Shown one piece after another: positions 1 to 9,145 of a DNA stretch of 64,000 bases. Position 1 is the stretch's first letter. Each line of letters opens with the position of its first letter. Below the pieces are notes generated by a model. That model saw only the letters and a list, made by a program, of their open reading frames with translations, was not told where the DNA came from and searched no databases. Source of the DNA: Deltaproteobacteria bacterium (GTDB taxonomy: Bacteria > Desulfobacterota > Syntrophia > Syntrophales > UBA8958); contig JAPLJZ010000268.1 of the NCBI GenBank assembly GCA_026388335.1, positions 1,872 to 65,871 on the forward strand. Reading direction: 5' to 3'. Made by a program: the position numbers and the translations under genes.

Positions 1-376
1 TTTCCCCCCGCAATCAATGATATGGCCCGATCAGACTATTCTCGCTTTGAAGGGATTGAACGCTATTCATAAAATAATGATCTGCGCTGGACATTGTGTC
101 CATCTACTTTATCAATAACTTGCCATGACTGACGGTGGTGCACTTAATGAAGGAAAGGTGCAACTACTCCCGTTCAGCGGCGCGTCTGCTGGAACGGGTG
201 GTTGGGCGTCGTAGGGCGCTCGCGAGTATCAGAACTCCACGACGTATAGACTGTTCAAATGCATGACGAATCCGCGCCGTTGATACCAGGCGCCAAGCAC
301 AGCTTGCGTGAGCAGCATGGGTCGGAGATCTCGCGCATCAGGCACTCTTTCGTCAGGTCAGTGGCCCCTCCGATTG

Positions 377-1873
377 CTAGTCTTTCACCAGGTTGCAATC
401 CTCGCCTTTGACTAGGCCTGTTTTTGCAGGAAATCTGCCCGGATCAAAATTGGTTGCACCTATATTTGCGGCATATTGCTTGACCGCTTTTAGTATGGTG
501 GAAAAGTCTTTCTGCGCATCAGTCTTTTGGTTCTGATTATCAGGTCCTTCGAGAGAAGCCAAATAATCATCTCTGGCTTCGAGAAGAACCTTTAATGCAT
601 CTTCCGGCCACCTAGCGATAGTGATTTCCGCACTGACAGGTTTGTCAGCGATCAATCGTAGGGTGCCGTCCGGGTTTCGCTGGTTAATGCCTTTATTGAA
701 ATCAAGCATGGCTTTCAGCTTTTTGCACTGAACCGACTCGGTCGCATTGTAGGACCCGATCACGGAGTCTTTGGCTGCTCTTAGTACAGCCGCTCTTTGG
801 GCGGCGTTCAAGCTGTTCCAGGCGGTCTTATCAATGTGCATCCACGATAACAGGAACGGTTGATGCCAAGAGGGATGATGGGCATATCGCGCGCCTGTCT
901 GGCCGATATTTTGCGAGCAGTTCTCTTTGGTACCGGGCGGAATAGGGAAAGCAAGCACGGGACCGCAATTCAGATTGCCCTTATCGGGGTTACCACGAGG
1001 ATTGGCGGGAGTCGCATCCTTTACTGGAAAGAAATCGACAAGGTCATCAAACGGCGTGACGTATTCGAAGCCTTGAATAGTTGCTCGTTGCATGGGCAAC
1101 AGCACAGACTGGCCCCCTACGGGCGGATAGAACGTGAGGGTCTTGGAGGGAATGACACCTCTTTTCACCAATAGGTCACAGGCACGGTCCACAATATCCT
1201 GCGGCGGAGCCAAATAGCGGATTCTCCAGCCCGAAGTGCAAAGACCGGCCAGGCCGATCCCACTACCCTGGTTTTGACAATCCGTGTCTCCGGCGTTGCA
1301 GTCCGGCTTGCCAATGGGTTGTGGAAAATAACCAGAACCCTGCATGGTGCTTCCCACGACGGGGAAGACGATTTGAGTTCCCCCTCGGTTATCCAGTATC
1401 GTTTGTGCCAATTCGATGCCGTTCCCCCCGAACCCATCCAGTTTCGCATTGTAGAGAAATCCAATCGTCTGCCGGAAATTGATCCCAAAGGGCACCGAAT
1501 TGAAAATAAAGCCCCAGTTGGGATCTGACACGGCCGGCTGCGGTTGGGCATTGGCGTTTGCAAATTGAACTCCGGCCCTGAGGGCGTTCACCGTGCGTTT
1601 GGTGCTCTGGTTTCGCTGGAAGACGACCTTCTGTCCGACGGGTAATGCATCCGGCCCATGTTCATCGGTGTAATCGATAACCTTCTCTATAAATATCCGC
1701 ATGGCTCCGTAACCCGGATTGTTTGGATACGTCGAAGTCCCGTTGCCACACCCTATGGTTGGAGAGCCGCTGTAATCGTTGTATTGAATCGTAACATCTG
1801 CAACCGCAGACTGACCAAACAATGCGACGCAGATGATAACAGCCAATGCTGACACCGTTGTGCCTATTCTCAT
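377..1873 (-). CDS. exported protein; C-terminal part weakly resembles TRAP/DctP-type periplasmic solute-binding proteins
   Basis: 498-aa ORF whose ATG is preceded by GGAGGA. The N-terminus MRIGTTVSALAVIICVALFGQSAVA is a typical signal peptide. The segment IDKTAWNSLNAAQRAAVLRAAKDS recalls DctP-family binding proteins; this family call is from memory only. Confidence 0.55.
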   Translation of the reverse strand: MRIGTTVSALAVIICVALFGQSAVADVTIQYNDYSGSPTIGCGNGTSTYPNNPGYGAMRIFIEKVIDYTDEHGPDALPVGQKVVFQRNQSTKRTVNALRAGVQFANANAQPQPAVSDPNWGFIFNSVPFGINFRQTIGFLYNAKLDGFGGNGIELAQTILDNRGGTQIVFPVVGSTMQGSGYFPQPIGKPDCNAGDTDCQNQGSGIGLAGLCTSGWRIRYLAPPQDIVDRACDLLVKRGVIPSKTLTFYPPVGGQSVLLPMQRATIQGFEYVTPFDDLVDFFPVKDATPANPRGNPDKGNLNCGPVLAFPIPPGTKENCSQNIGQTGARYAHHPSWHQPFLLSWMHIDKTAWNSLNAAQRAAVLRAAKDSVIGSYNATESVQCKKLKAMLDFNKGINQRNPDGTLRLIADKPVSAEITIARWPEDALKVLLEARDDYLASLEGPDNQNQKTDAQKDFSTILKAVKQYAANIGATNFDPGRFPAKTGLVKGEDCNLVKD

Positions 1874-2473
1874 TTTGTCCTCCTTCTGCTTAGAATTAAT
1901 TAGCTAAATAAAAAACCCCGCTCTTTTTAAGAAACGGGGTAAGTTTCAGCCAGTCTATATTTCCCTCCTACATTGTACAATGGATGGGACCGATCCAACT
2001 GTTTATCAAATTTAGGGCATTTGTATCACGATTATCTTTTGAAATCTACGAAAAATAGAAAGAATGCGGCCTATTTCTTTCAGGAAGGAGCGGATCTGCT
2101 CCAAAAGGGAGAAATTGGCTTTCAGATGTATGCGCGCTTTCGAATGGGATTCATTGGCTGGCCAAATTTACCGATGTGAGGACTTGTATTTGTTATTGAT
2201 AAGGGAGGCATTGATAAATTATCAAACATGTCGGGCTCTTGTCCACATAGAATGTTACACAAAGCTGTAACACAGAGAATCACAATGAAAATAATGATTC
2301 GTAACGGTGACTCTGCTATGAATTTTGTTGCGTGTATCGTTAAGGGCAAAGGTGAGGACGCGACCGTCGTCACCAATAGGCACTAATATGATACGCCAAA
2401 ATCCCCATGTGATCCATTACGACATCCTTCGTTAACGTAGAACCTATGTCTATTCAGGCAAACATACAAACGA

Positions 2474-3694
2474 TCACCCCAGCATTTCCAAGAAGGCTTC
2501 TATTCTATTCATAATATTGGCGTCAGAATACACCCTCTCGTCTGTGTGGTCTCCATCCAGAACCAATGACGGCAGATTAAGTTCTTTTTGTATTACCTTC
2601 ACTGCATCCGGTATACCAACGGAAAGGACCCGGCAACTTCGGTTAGAATGAGCAATGATGCCGTCAATGTGATACTCCTTTATATCCACAAGCATCTTCT
2701 CGATTTGGTCATCTAGACTTGAATTGAGCTCGCCTTCTAATGCTTTGCGAGCTAAACTTTCTATCGGTTTAGCGCCATCCATTTTCGTAGTGCCCCATAT
2801 ATATTGGGTGTAGTCGCTTAGGGGAAACACACAACCCCTTTTCTCAAAATATCCAAAGAGCCCCAAATTGAACCAGAAGGGGATGTTTATCCACATGAGG
2901 CGGTGTTTCTCCTCTTCCTTTGTGAATATACCGATTCCGTCAGTTACGCGTTGCTTCGTTTCATCATAAACTGTTTTTATAACATCTACACCTTCCTGTT
3001 TTCCAACAAGGGCTATCAACACAAACAGGGCATTGCTGATATCAGTCAAGTTCACGGGACAGGGCTCCGCTTTCTGGAGATCCAGCAGCTTATGCCAGTA
3101 ATCAACTACCTCCCCGCTCAACGTTACCGCCTGTGACAATTTCTCATGGGTTATCTTGGTTCCCGCGATATCCTCTACCTGAATTATCGCCGCTTCGATC
3201 TCTCTGATGGCGTACGCGAGGTAATAATCAGGCATCGCTTGTGGTTCCATAACCCGTGGTGTGTTTATGTAGATCATGGGTATCTTATAAATTTCATGAA
3301 GCGCGTCCCACCATTTAAAATAGTGGGTGCAGGCAGAGCTTGTCAATAATAGCAAATCCGGCCTTCCCAAACCACCGAAGGGAGGATTCTCTTTAGAATC
3401 GTAAACATAACCTAAATTGTTCCGGCAATAAGAGCATATATCAGGGGCATAGTTGTGGGCCTCAGCGGTTTCACAGTATTTTCTTGACAAATGCTTGACA
3501 GCAGAAACAGCGGCATAGTTCTCCGGGAAGGCAGGCTGAATACCAGCCGCGTAGGCTATCTCTACTAAGGGGTTTGGAGCCATGAGTGCATATCCCATAG
3601 GCCTGTTGGTCTGGATATTATTATAATGACTCTCTATCGCTGCGCTTATTATTTTGTTGAATGCCGGACGTTCCCGCTTTGTCTTCTCTGTCAT
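2474..3694 (-). CDS. 2-hydroxyacyl-CoA dehydratase / benzoyl-CoA reductase B/C-type family subunit
   Basis: 406-aa ORF with a GGGAGG RBS. Cys-rich segments (DICSYCRNNLGY, LLLTSSACTHY) and the overall layout are typical of the HGD-D family. It is translationally coupled to the upstream paralog. Confidence 0.75.
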   Translation of the reverse strand: MTEKTKRERPAFNKIISAAIESHYNNIQTNRPMGYALMAPNPLVEIAYAAGIQPAFPENYAAVSAVKHLSRKYCETAEAHNYAPDICSYCRNNLGYVYDSKENPPFGGLGRPDLLLLTSSACTHYFKWWDALHEIYKIPMIYINTPRVMEPQAMPDYYLAYAIREIEAAIIQVEDIAGTKITHEKLSQAVTLSGEVVDYWHKLLDLQKAEPCPVNLTDISNALFVLIALVGKQEGVDVIKTVYDETKQRVTDGIGIFTKEEEKHRLMWINIPFWFNLGLFGYFEKRGCVFPLSDYTQYIWGTTKMDGAKPIESLARKALEGELNSSLDDQIEKMLVDIKEYHIDGIIAHSNRSCRVLSVGIPDAVKVIQKELNLPSLVLDGDHTDERVYSDANIMNRIEAFLEMLG

Positions 3695-3697
3695 TTT

Positions 3698-4828
3698 TCA
3701 ACCTCCCTTAGCATTCAACATTTCAATAAAGGCTTCCACCCTTGTTCGTAATGGCGCCATGTCAGTCAGATAGTCAGTCTCAATGTGCAGTGTTGGCAGA
3801 TCAAATTTTTCTCTTATCTTTAGATCCAGGTTGGGGTAATCAAACTTCTCCGCTTCGCAGTTCCTGTTGATGGCGAATATGACTCCATGGACGTTGCTTT
3901 CCATAACCATCTCTGAAATATATGTGAATCTGTCAGCGTTCGCGGTATTGAATGAACAGGGAACCATAACATACCTCCTGGCAAGAGCTGTCAGCGGCCC
4001 CTCCATTGTGTCATTCACGGCGGTGAAAACTGATCTGGAACCATTATTGACATCGTCGGCAACAACGCAGGCGCCGCAGTCTTCAATCATCTCCCACAGA
4101 CGGGCATCCGTTACGCAACCACCTGTTACAAGCAGCCGCACCTTCGCCCTGGGACCCTGGGATCGCTTAGAAAGTTCGGCCAAGAGCTGTTCCATCAGTC
4201 CACTATGCTCTTCTTTGTCAAGGATAAAGCTTGACATAACTACCTTTAAGGTTTCCGTACTGGAAATAATGGGTGATTCCGCTTTCTTTAATTCGCAGAC
4301 CTTCCTCAGTAGCCCCCTATTTCTATTATAAACCCTAATTGCATTATGCAAGGAATCCTCAGATATTTCTTTTCCTGTGAACCCCTCAAGGTCATTCTTG
4401 ATCCTGCCAAGTTCCTTAGCAAAGAAATCAATAGCATTCTCACTCCTCTTCCATGGCACATTTATATAATCAATAAACGGATAGGGATTATGGCGTTTCC
4501 ATGTTTGATACAAAAACGTTACCGCTTCACAACTTCTGGGTATGATTGCGCCATCAAAATAGGAATATTTCCCTTTTATCACCTGGTCCCAAACAGCCCG
4601 TACATTAGAGCATAGATATGTTTGTAGGTGGGCATCACCCTCAGTGATAAAATCGTCAATGTACGGAAATAGACGAACAGGGCGAAGCCCGGCTGCATAT
4701 ATCAATTCCTCAGGAACAACAGGATGAAAAATCCCGATCATTTTGCATCCTGTTTCCTCCCGCGTTTTGGATAGGACCATAGATGCGTCCTGAATAACCC
4801 TGGCCATATGCTCAAGAATATTAGACAA
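3698..4828 (-). CDS. 2-hydroxyacyl-CoA dehydratase family subunit (paralog of the downstream gene)
   Basis: 376-aa ORF with a TTG start 9 nt after GGAGG. Segments IGIFHPVVPEELIYAAGLRPVRLF and YLCSNVRAVWD are typical of HGD-D family subunits. Confidence 0.75.
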   Translation of the reverse strand: MSNILEHMARVIQDASMVLSKTREETGCKMIGIFHPVVPEELIYAAGLRPVRLFPYIDDFITEGDAHLQTYLCSNVRAVWDQVIKGKYSYFDGAIIPRSCEAVTFLYQTWKRHNPYPFIDYINVPWKRSENAIDFFAKELGRIKNDLEGFTGKEISEDSLHNAIRVYNRNRGLLRKVCELKKAESPIISSTETLKVVMSSFILDKEEHSGLMEQLLAELSKRSQGPRAKVRLLVTGGCVTDARLWEMIEDCGACVVADDVNNGSRSVFTAVNDTMEGPLTALARRYVMVPCSFNTANADRFTYISEMVMESNVHGVIFAINRNCEAEKFDYPNLDLKIREKFDLPTLHIETDYLTDMAPLRTRVEAFIEMLNAKGG

Positions 4829-5122
4829 ACTTTTTACCTCCGTTGTATCTTACTGTCAGCTTTCAAGTGTCGGATACCCTGCCTGCACCGGGTCTCGCTT
4901 CTTTCGAAATCTTTTCCAAAGATAAAATTTGGTAGATCAAGGCTAACCCTTCTTTTTGTCTTTCAGGATAACAAAAAAGTAAAAATACCCTTGATCTTCG
5001 GAAAAATCAATCTCCGAAATACGAATGTTTCATTCGCAATTCCGCAAAATGAACTAATTTTCCCTTTATCGCTTTGTATTTGAAGAGTATAAAGTTTGGT
5101 TGTATGCCAAGGTTAGGCGTAG

Positions 5123-5617
5123 CTATCCAAGCTGCAGTTCAAATCGCTGCTCGTTGACCTCTGTGCCCCATTGAGATCCCTTCTGTTGTTCGACAAGCCT
5201 AAAGCCAGCCTTTTCGTAGAGATGTCGCGCGGCGTTGAGGCCTTCAAACGTGCAAAGGTAGACCCGTTTGTAGCCCGTGCCGTGACAGAATCCGATGGCG
5301 GTATCTATTAGTTGTCTACCAATGCATTTTCCCCGTAACGCCTCAGACATGATAAACCAGCGCAAATGCACACCAGTGTCTTCGGCATTGAGTCCATCGA
5401 TCGCAATAGAGCCTTCAATGCGCCCTCCCTGCATTGCGATCCAGAAGCCGTCCCGATGTTGATCATATCGCCCAAGGAACTCCGCCAGTTCGGTGGCAAC
5501 TCTTGCCTCAAAAAAAAGGCTGAAATTCCAGTGCCGATGATAGTACGTGCCATGAAGCTGGGTCACCCTCCCAATCGAACCAGGGACGTAGCCCTTGATG
5601 ATCTCGACATCCGTCAT
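5123..5617 (-). CDS. GNAT family N-acetyltransferase
   Basis: Acetyl-CoA-binding motif region RGKCIGRQLIDTAIGFCHGTGYKRVYLCTFEGLNAARHLYEKAGF. The start was moved to MTDVEII because GGAG lies 8 nt upstream of it. Confidence 0.85.
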   Translation of the reverse strand: MTDVEIIKGYVPGSIGRVTQLHGTYYHRHWNFSLFFEARVATELAEFLGRYDQHRDGFWIAMQGGRIEGSIAIDGLNAEDTGVHLRWFIMSEALRGKCIGRQLIDTAIGFCHGTGYKRVYLCTFEGLNAARHLYEKAGFRLVEQQKGSQWGTEVNEQRFELQLG

Positions 5618-5684
5618 AGAACATCTCCACAAGAATGATAATACGTGGTGTAACTTATTTTCATCATTTTCATCATGCGAATGC

Positions 5685-5969
5685 TCACACCAGCTTCCAG
5701 CCTGTGAGGCTGAGTATCTTCAGACCAAACAGGTTTTGAAGGCTGATAGTTAGGGGAAAGGGTGAATGGAAACAGTTCGGGAGGTAAACTTTAACTTGGT
5801 TCACGATGGACATGCTATAATCTCCGGCGTTTTTAGGTATGCCCCGCCCCACGGACGGGCCTAGATTGATACGTCCTCAACAAAGACCTGCACGCCCTGT
5901 AGAGAACAGGTGCAAAGCCCCGCCTTTTGTCAGCAAGTAATCACGAGCGTTATCGGTTATGGTAAGCAT
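5685..5969 (-). CDS. candidate small selenoprotein (C-U motif), 94 codons with in-frame UGA at codon 31
   Basis: ATG at 5969 lies 8 nt after GAAGGAG. Translation: MLTITDNARDYLLTKGGALHLFSTGRAGLC-[TGA 5877-5879]-GRINLGPSVGRGIPKNAGDYSMSIVNQVKVYLPNCFHSPFPLTISLQNLFGLKILSLTGWKLV-stop. The frame stays open for 63 codons after the TGA, and a GC-rich hairpin follows the TGA. Confidence 0.55.
5843..5859 (-). promoter_or_regulatory. candidate SECIS-like hairpin downstream of the in-frame UGA
   Basis: The mRNA reads CCCGUCC-GUG-GGGCGGG, a 7-bp stem including one G-U pair. The apical loop contains GU. The hairpin starts 17 nt after the UGA. Confidence 0.4.
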
Positions 5970-6222
5970 TACGTTATCTCCTTCAATCATCCATTGTCGA
6001 TATTTAGTTAACACGAAGCTGGTTACATTCTACACGAATGATATATTGGCCGTCAAGTATTTGCACTTTTCATTCGGCATTCAATAAAGTGCTTTGGAGA
6101 TCCATTATCAACATTTGTATTTAAGGTGCGTTAGCAGGATAAGGGTTCTCTGAGGCTCGCTATTTTCAGAATGCGATAATCCTAAATCCGATCTTTCGGA
6201 ATCTCTCTATTGAATCTTTTTC

Positions 6223-6259
6223 TTGACAAAAGGCAATGTAACCATATATAGTGGTTACA
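6223..6259 (+). promoter_or_regulatory. sigma-70-like promoter with overlapping palindromic operator upstream of the CGNR gene
   Basis: TTGACA at 6223-6228, an AT-rich -10 (TATATA/ATATAG) 16-17 nt downstream, and a perfect inverted repeat TGTAACCA-N7-TGGTTACA at 6237-6259 covering the -10. Confidence 0.45.
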
Positions 6260-6274
6260 AACGAGGTGACTTAC

Positions 6275-6865
6275 ATGGTTCGCAGAAACTCACATCCCAA
6301 ATACAGTCAGTTTAGATTTGACACCGGTAGTCTGTCGCTTAACTTTGTGGCCACTGTTCGACATCGTGGCGCTCAGCCACGGGATCTTCTGCCGACGCCT
6401 GAAGCCCTAAACGATTGGTCCCAACGCGCTGGTTGTAGCAACCCCGATGTCAGACCATCTTTGCAGGATTATGAAGAAGCACTATCCCTTCGGGAAGCTA
6501 TTTACAGAACCGTTCGCTCTCTCATTTGTAATGAAACGCCGCGTGAAGAAGATATAGCTTGCATCAACGTTAATGCGGCATATTCACTCGCAGTGCCACA
6601 GATCACCACCCCGTTGTGCAGCGTTCATTGGAAAAGCATGCATCCGATCAGGGCCTGTCTTGCCGATATCGCTCGCGATGCCGCCATGGTTATAGGCGAT
6701 GTTGAGCGATATCGCTTGAAAATGTGCGATAATCAGAGCTGCCAGATGTTGTTTGTTGATAATTCTCCTGCGAATCGACGCCGGTGGTGCGCTATGACCA
6801 TTTGTGGCAATCGAGAGAAGATCAAGATGCATCGTCAGAGAAAAAGGGCGTCGGAAATCGGCTAA
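6275..6865 (+). CDS. CGNR zinc-finger domain protein (putative stress-responsive regulator)
   Basis: C-terminal CDNQSCQMLFVDNSPANRRRWCAMTICGNREKIKMHRQR carries the CGNR signature. The ATG at 6275 after GAGGTG is preferred over the GTG at 6251, which lies inside the operator palindrome. Confidence 0.85.
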   Translation: MVRRNSHPKYSQFRFDTGSLSLNFVATVRHRGAQPRDLLPTPEALNDWSQRAGCSNPDVRPSLQDYEEALSLREAIYRTVRSLICNETPREEDIACINVNAAYSLAVPQITTPLCSVHWKSMHPIRACLADIARDAAMVIGDVERYRLKMCDNQSCQMLFVDNSPANRRRWCAMTICGNREKIKMHRQRKRASEIG

Positions 6866-7002
6866 AGCCCACATGATAAAATGGGATAACAATTAGGCAG
6901 TATAACGATGCAGGTCAAAGAAATGATTACAGTAGGAATCCAAAGAAGGAGATGTTGAAAAAATTCCGTTCATAAGGAATTAAATAAAAGAGGAGGTAGT
7001 CT

Positions 7003-7572
7003 ATGGAACTTTCAGAAGTCATCAAAGGAAGACGAAGCGTTCGGCGGTTCAAACCGGAACCAATCCCAAGGGATGTCATAGAAAATATCCTTGAACTCGC
7101 CCAGTGGGCTCCATCAGCCATGAACCAGCAGGACTGGCGATTTATCGTGGTTACAGGAGTAAAAAAGGAAGCCCTTCTGAAGATCACGGCCACAGCTTTT
7201 GATCATTTCAGACCGGTATTGGAAAAGAACTTTCCAGACAAACCAAAGGTTTTAGAGGCATCGAAACGCTTTTTTGAAACATACGGTAATGCCCCTCTAA
7301 TCGTCTTAGCCTATGGAGGACATTTCCCTACCGCCAAAGAAGACCCACACAGTGTTTCTTTGGCTGTTCAGAATCTCCTTCTCGCAGCCCATGATGCAGG
7401 TCTGGGTGCAGTTTGGGCTGATGCCGCTGTGTTCTACAAGGAAAAGGAAATAAATGAGTTGATGGGGATGGAAGGCAGAAAACTTGTGTGCCTGATTCCC
7501 ATCGGCTATCCCGATGAAACGCCTAAAGCTCCTCCCCGACGTGAGGGAAGAATTCAATGGTTTGATTTTTGA
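7003..7572 (+). CDS. nitroreductase family protein
   Basis: The N-terminus IKGRRSVRRFKPEPIPRDVIENILELAQWAPSAMNQQDWRFIVV is a textbook nitroreductase motif. RBS is AGAGGAGG. Confidence 0.9.
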   Translation: MELSEVIKGRRSVRRFKPEPIPRDVIENILELAQWAPSAMNQQDWRFIVVTGVKKEALLKITATAFDHFRPVLEKNFPDKPKVLEASKRFFETYGNAPLIVLAYGGHFPTAKEDPHSVSLAVQNLLLAAHDAGLGAVWADAAVFYKEKEINELMGMEGRKLVCLIPIGYPDETPKAPPRREGRIQWFDF

Positions 7573-7637
7573 TGCTGGGTGTGGATCGTCAGGAAATTGT
7601 TAAAAAAGTCTTCTCAAAAAAGAAGGGAGAATTTTTT

Positions 7638-8327
7638 ATGTCACAAAAACCTGTACTTCAAGACATTCAAGCTTGTGTCTTTGATGCTTATGGAACACTT
7701 TTTGATTTTAATTCCGCTGTGGGGAAATATCGTGATCGTTTAGGCGACAAAGCAGATCAGGTTTCTGCCTTATGGAGAACCAAGCAACTGGAATACACAT
7801 GGCTGTTGAGTTTGATGAAACAGCATAAAGATTTCTGGCAGGTAACACAGGACGCCCTTGATTACTCCCTCGATGCCTTTGGCATCACAGATCGAAACCT
7901 GCGAAATGACCTCATTGGTGCATACCTACAACTGGATTCGTATCCCGACGTCCCCGAAACCCTTCGCACTTTAAAGAGGCATGGTCTTAGGTTGGTCATT
8001 CTGTCCAACGGTTCGCCGACGATGCTCGAAGCAGCGGTGAAAAGCAGCAAGCTTGTAGATGTGATCGAGATAGCCTTGTCCGTTGAGCAGGTTGGTATCT
8101 ACAAGCCTGATCCTCGTGTCTATCGACTTGCAGAAGATTCATTAAAAATCAAAGGAAATAATATTGTCTTTCTGTCTGCTAATGCATGGGACGCTGTTGG
8201 AGCAGCCAATGCCGGATTGCGAGTTGTATGGATAAACCGGTTCGGCCAACGTCGTGAGCGGCTTCCCTCTCAACCAGATGCAGAAATCAAGTCCCTGACA
8301 GAATTACCTGCTCTTCTTGGTTTTTAG
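7638..8327 (+). CDS. haloacid dehalogenase type II (HAD superfamily hydrolase)
   Basis: HAD motif I VFDAYGTLFD, motif ILSNGS, and a C-terminus like L-2-haloacid dehalogenases. The ATG at 7638 is preceded by GGGAGA. Confidence 0.85.
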   Translation: MSQKPVLQDIQACVFDAYGTLFDFNSAVGKYRDRLGDKADQVSALWRTKQLEYTWLLSLMKQHKDFWQVTQDALDYSLDAFGITDRNLRNDLIGAYLQLDSYPDVPETLRTLKRHGLRLVILSNGSPTMLEAAVKSSKLVDVIEIALSVEQVGIYKPDPRVYRLAEDSLKIKGNNIVFLSANAWDAVGAANAGLRVVWINRFGQRRERLPSQPDAEIKSLTELPALLGF

Positions 8328-8710
8328 ATTCTCAGGTGATTGCACGAGATCTGACGTAAATGGTATAAGGCAGCGTTATGATTGTAATTCTATAATCGGT
8401 TTGGCGGCGATCCCGCGCCACATCAAACAACAAACCGGGGGTGTCCACTCCATATGCGGGCAGCCCCCGGTTATCAATTCCGAAAAAACCATGTTCAATA
8501 ATCTGCACGTTTCAGCCCATTTCCCAGATCGTTCAGGAAGCAGTCAAGCAGCGATTCGCGGACGTGATCCATCAGGACAATCTTCCACCAGCGTGGCTCT
8601 GCGTCATGCGTATCGGGGACAAGTAGGTACTTGTCAGCCAGCGAGGGCTGGATATACGCGCTACGAATGGCCACCTGGTTCATTGCCGGGTGCCGGTCTC
8701 AAGAATGCTG

Positions 8711-8983
8711 TCAAGTTGTCTCCAAAGATTGAATCAAGTCAGCTTTGACTCTTTCAAATACGCCGTCCCAATCGTTAATTCGTTCTTGCCTGTAAAGCCT
8801 GGCCGTCGCATACCACGGACTGTTGTCCCTGTCACGCAACCAGCGCCAATCGGGGTTAAGCGGCAATAGTATCCACACGGGCTTGCCCTTAGCGCCGGCA
8901 AGATGTGCTACGCTGGTGTCAACACTGACAACGATATGTTCTTCAATTGTGGTCTCATATGCATACTTTCCTAGTCTCGCATA
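8711..8983 (-). pseudogene. C-terminal remnant of a TPR/glycosyltransferase-family-9-like protein (no start codon)
   Basis: Open frame without a start: ...IEEHIVVSVDTSVAHLAGAKGKPVWILLPLNPDWRWLRDRDNSPWYATARLYRQERINDWDGVFERVKADL. This is the conserved C-terminal block of that family. An in-frame stop sits at 8984-8986. Confidence 0.55.
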
Positions 8984-9031
8984 TCATAAATTATGGGTGA
9001 AGAGAACATCATTGATTTCCCCGGAATTATT

Positions 9032-9060
9032 TTGACATGAGGAGAGAATCTATCTATACT
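9032..9060 (+). promoter_or_regulatory. near-consensus sigma-70 promoter of the vgrG operon
   Basis: TTGACA (9032-9037), a 17-nt spacer, then TATACT (9055-9060). An 8-bp stem 5' UTR hairpin CTGGTCAG...CTGACCAG (9090-9126) follows, just before the RBS AAGGAGGA. Confidence 0.55.
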
Positions 9061-9145
9061 CCCTCCACAAAGAAACGCATGATCACGGACTGGTCAGGGA
9101 AGGGTTACAAACAGTTCTCTGACCAGTCTCCAAAGGAGGACAATA

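Noticed and set aside
1-376. Possible 3' end of a + strand gene (frame 1 open to the TAA at 70-72) and transposase-like debris
   Set aside because: The fragment is too short to identify. No family motif or inverted repeats were recognised.
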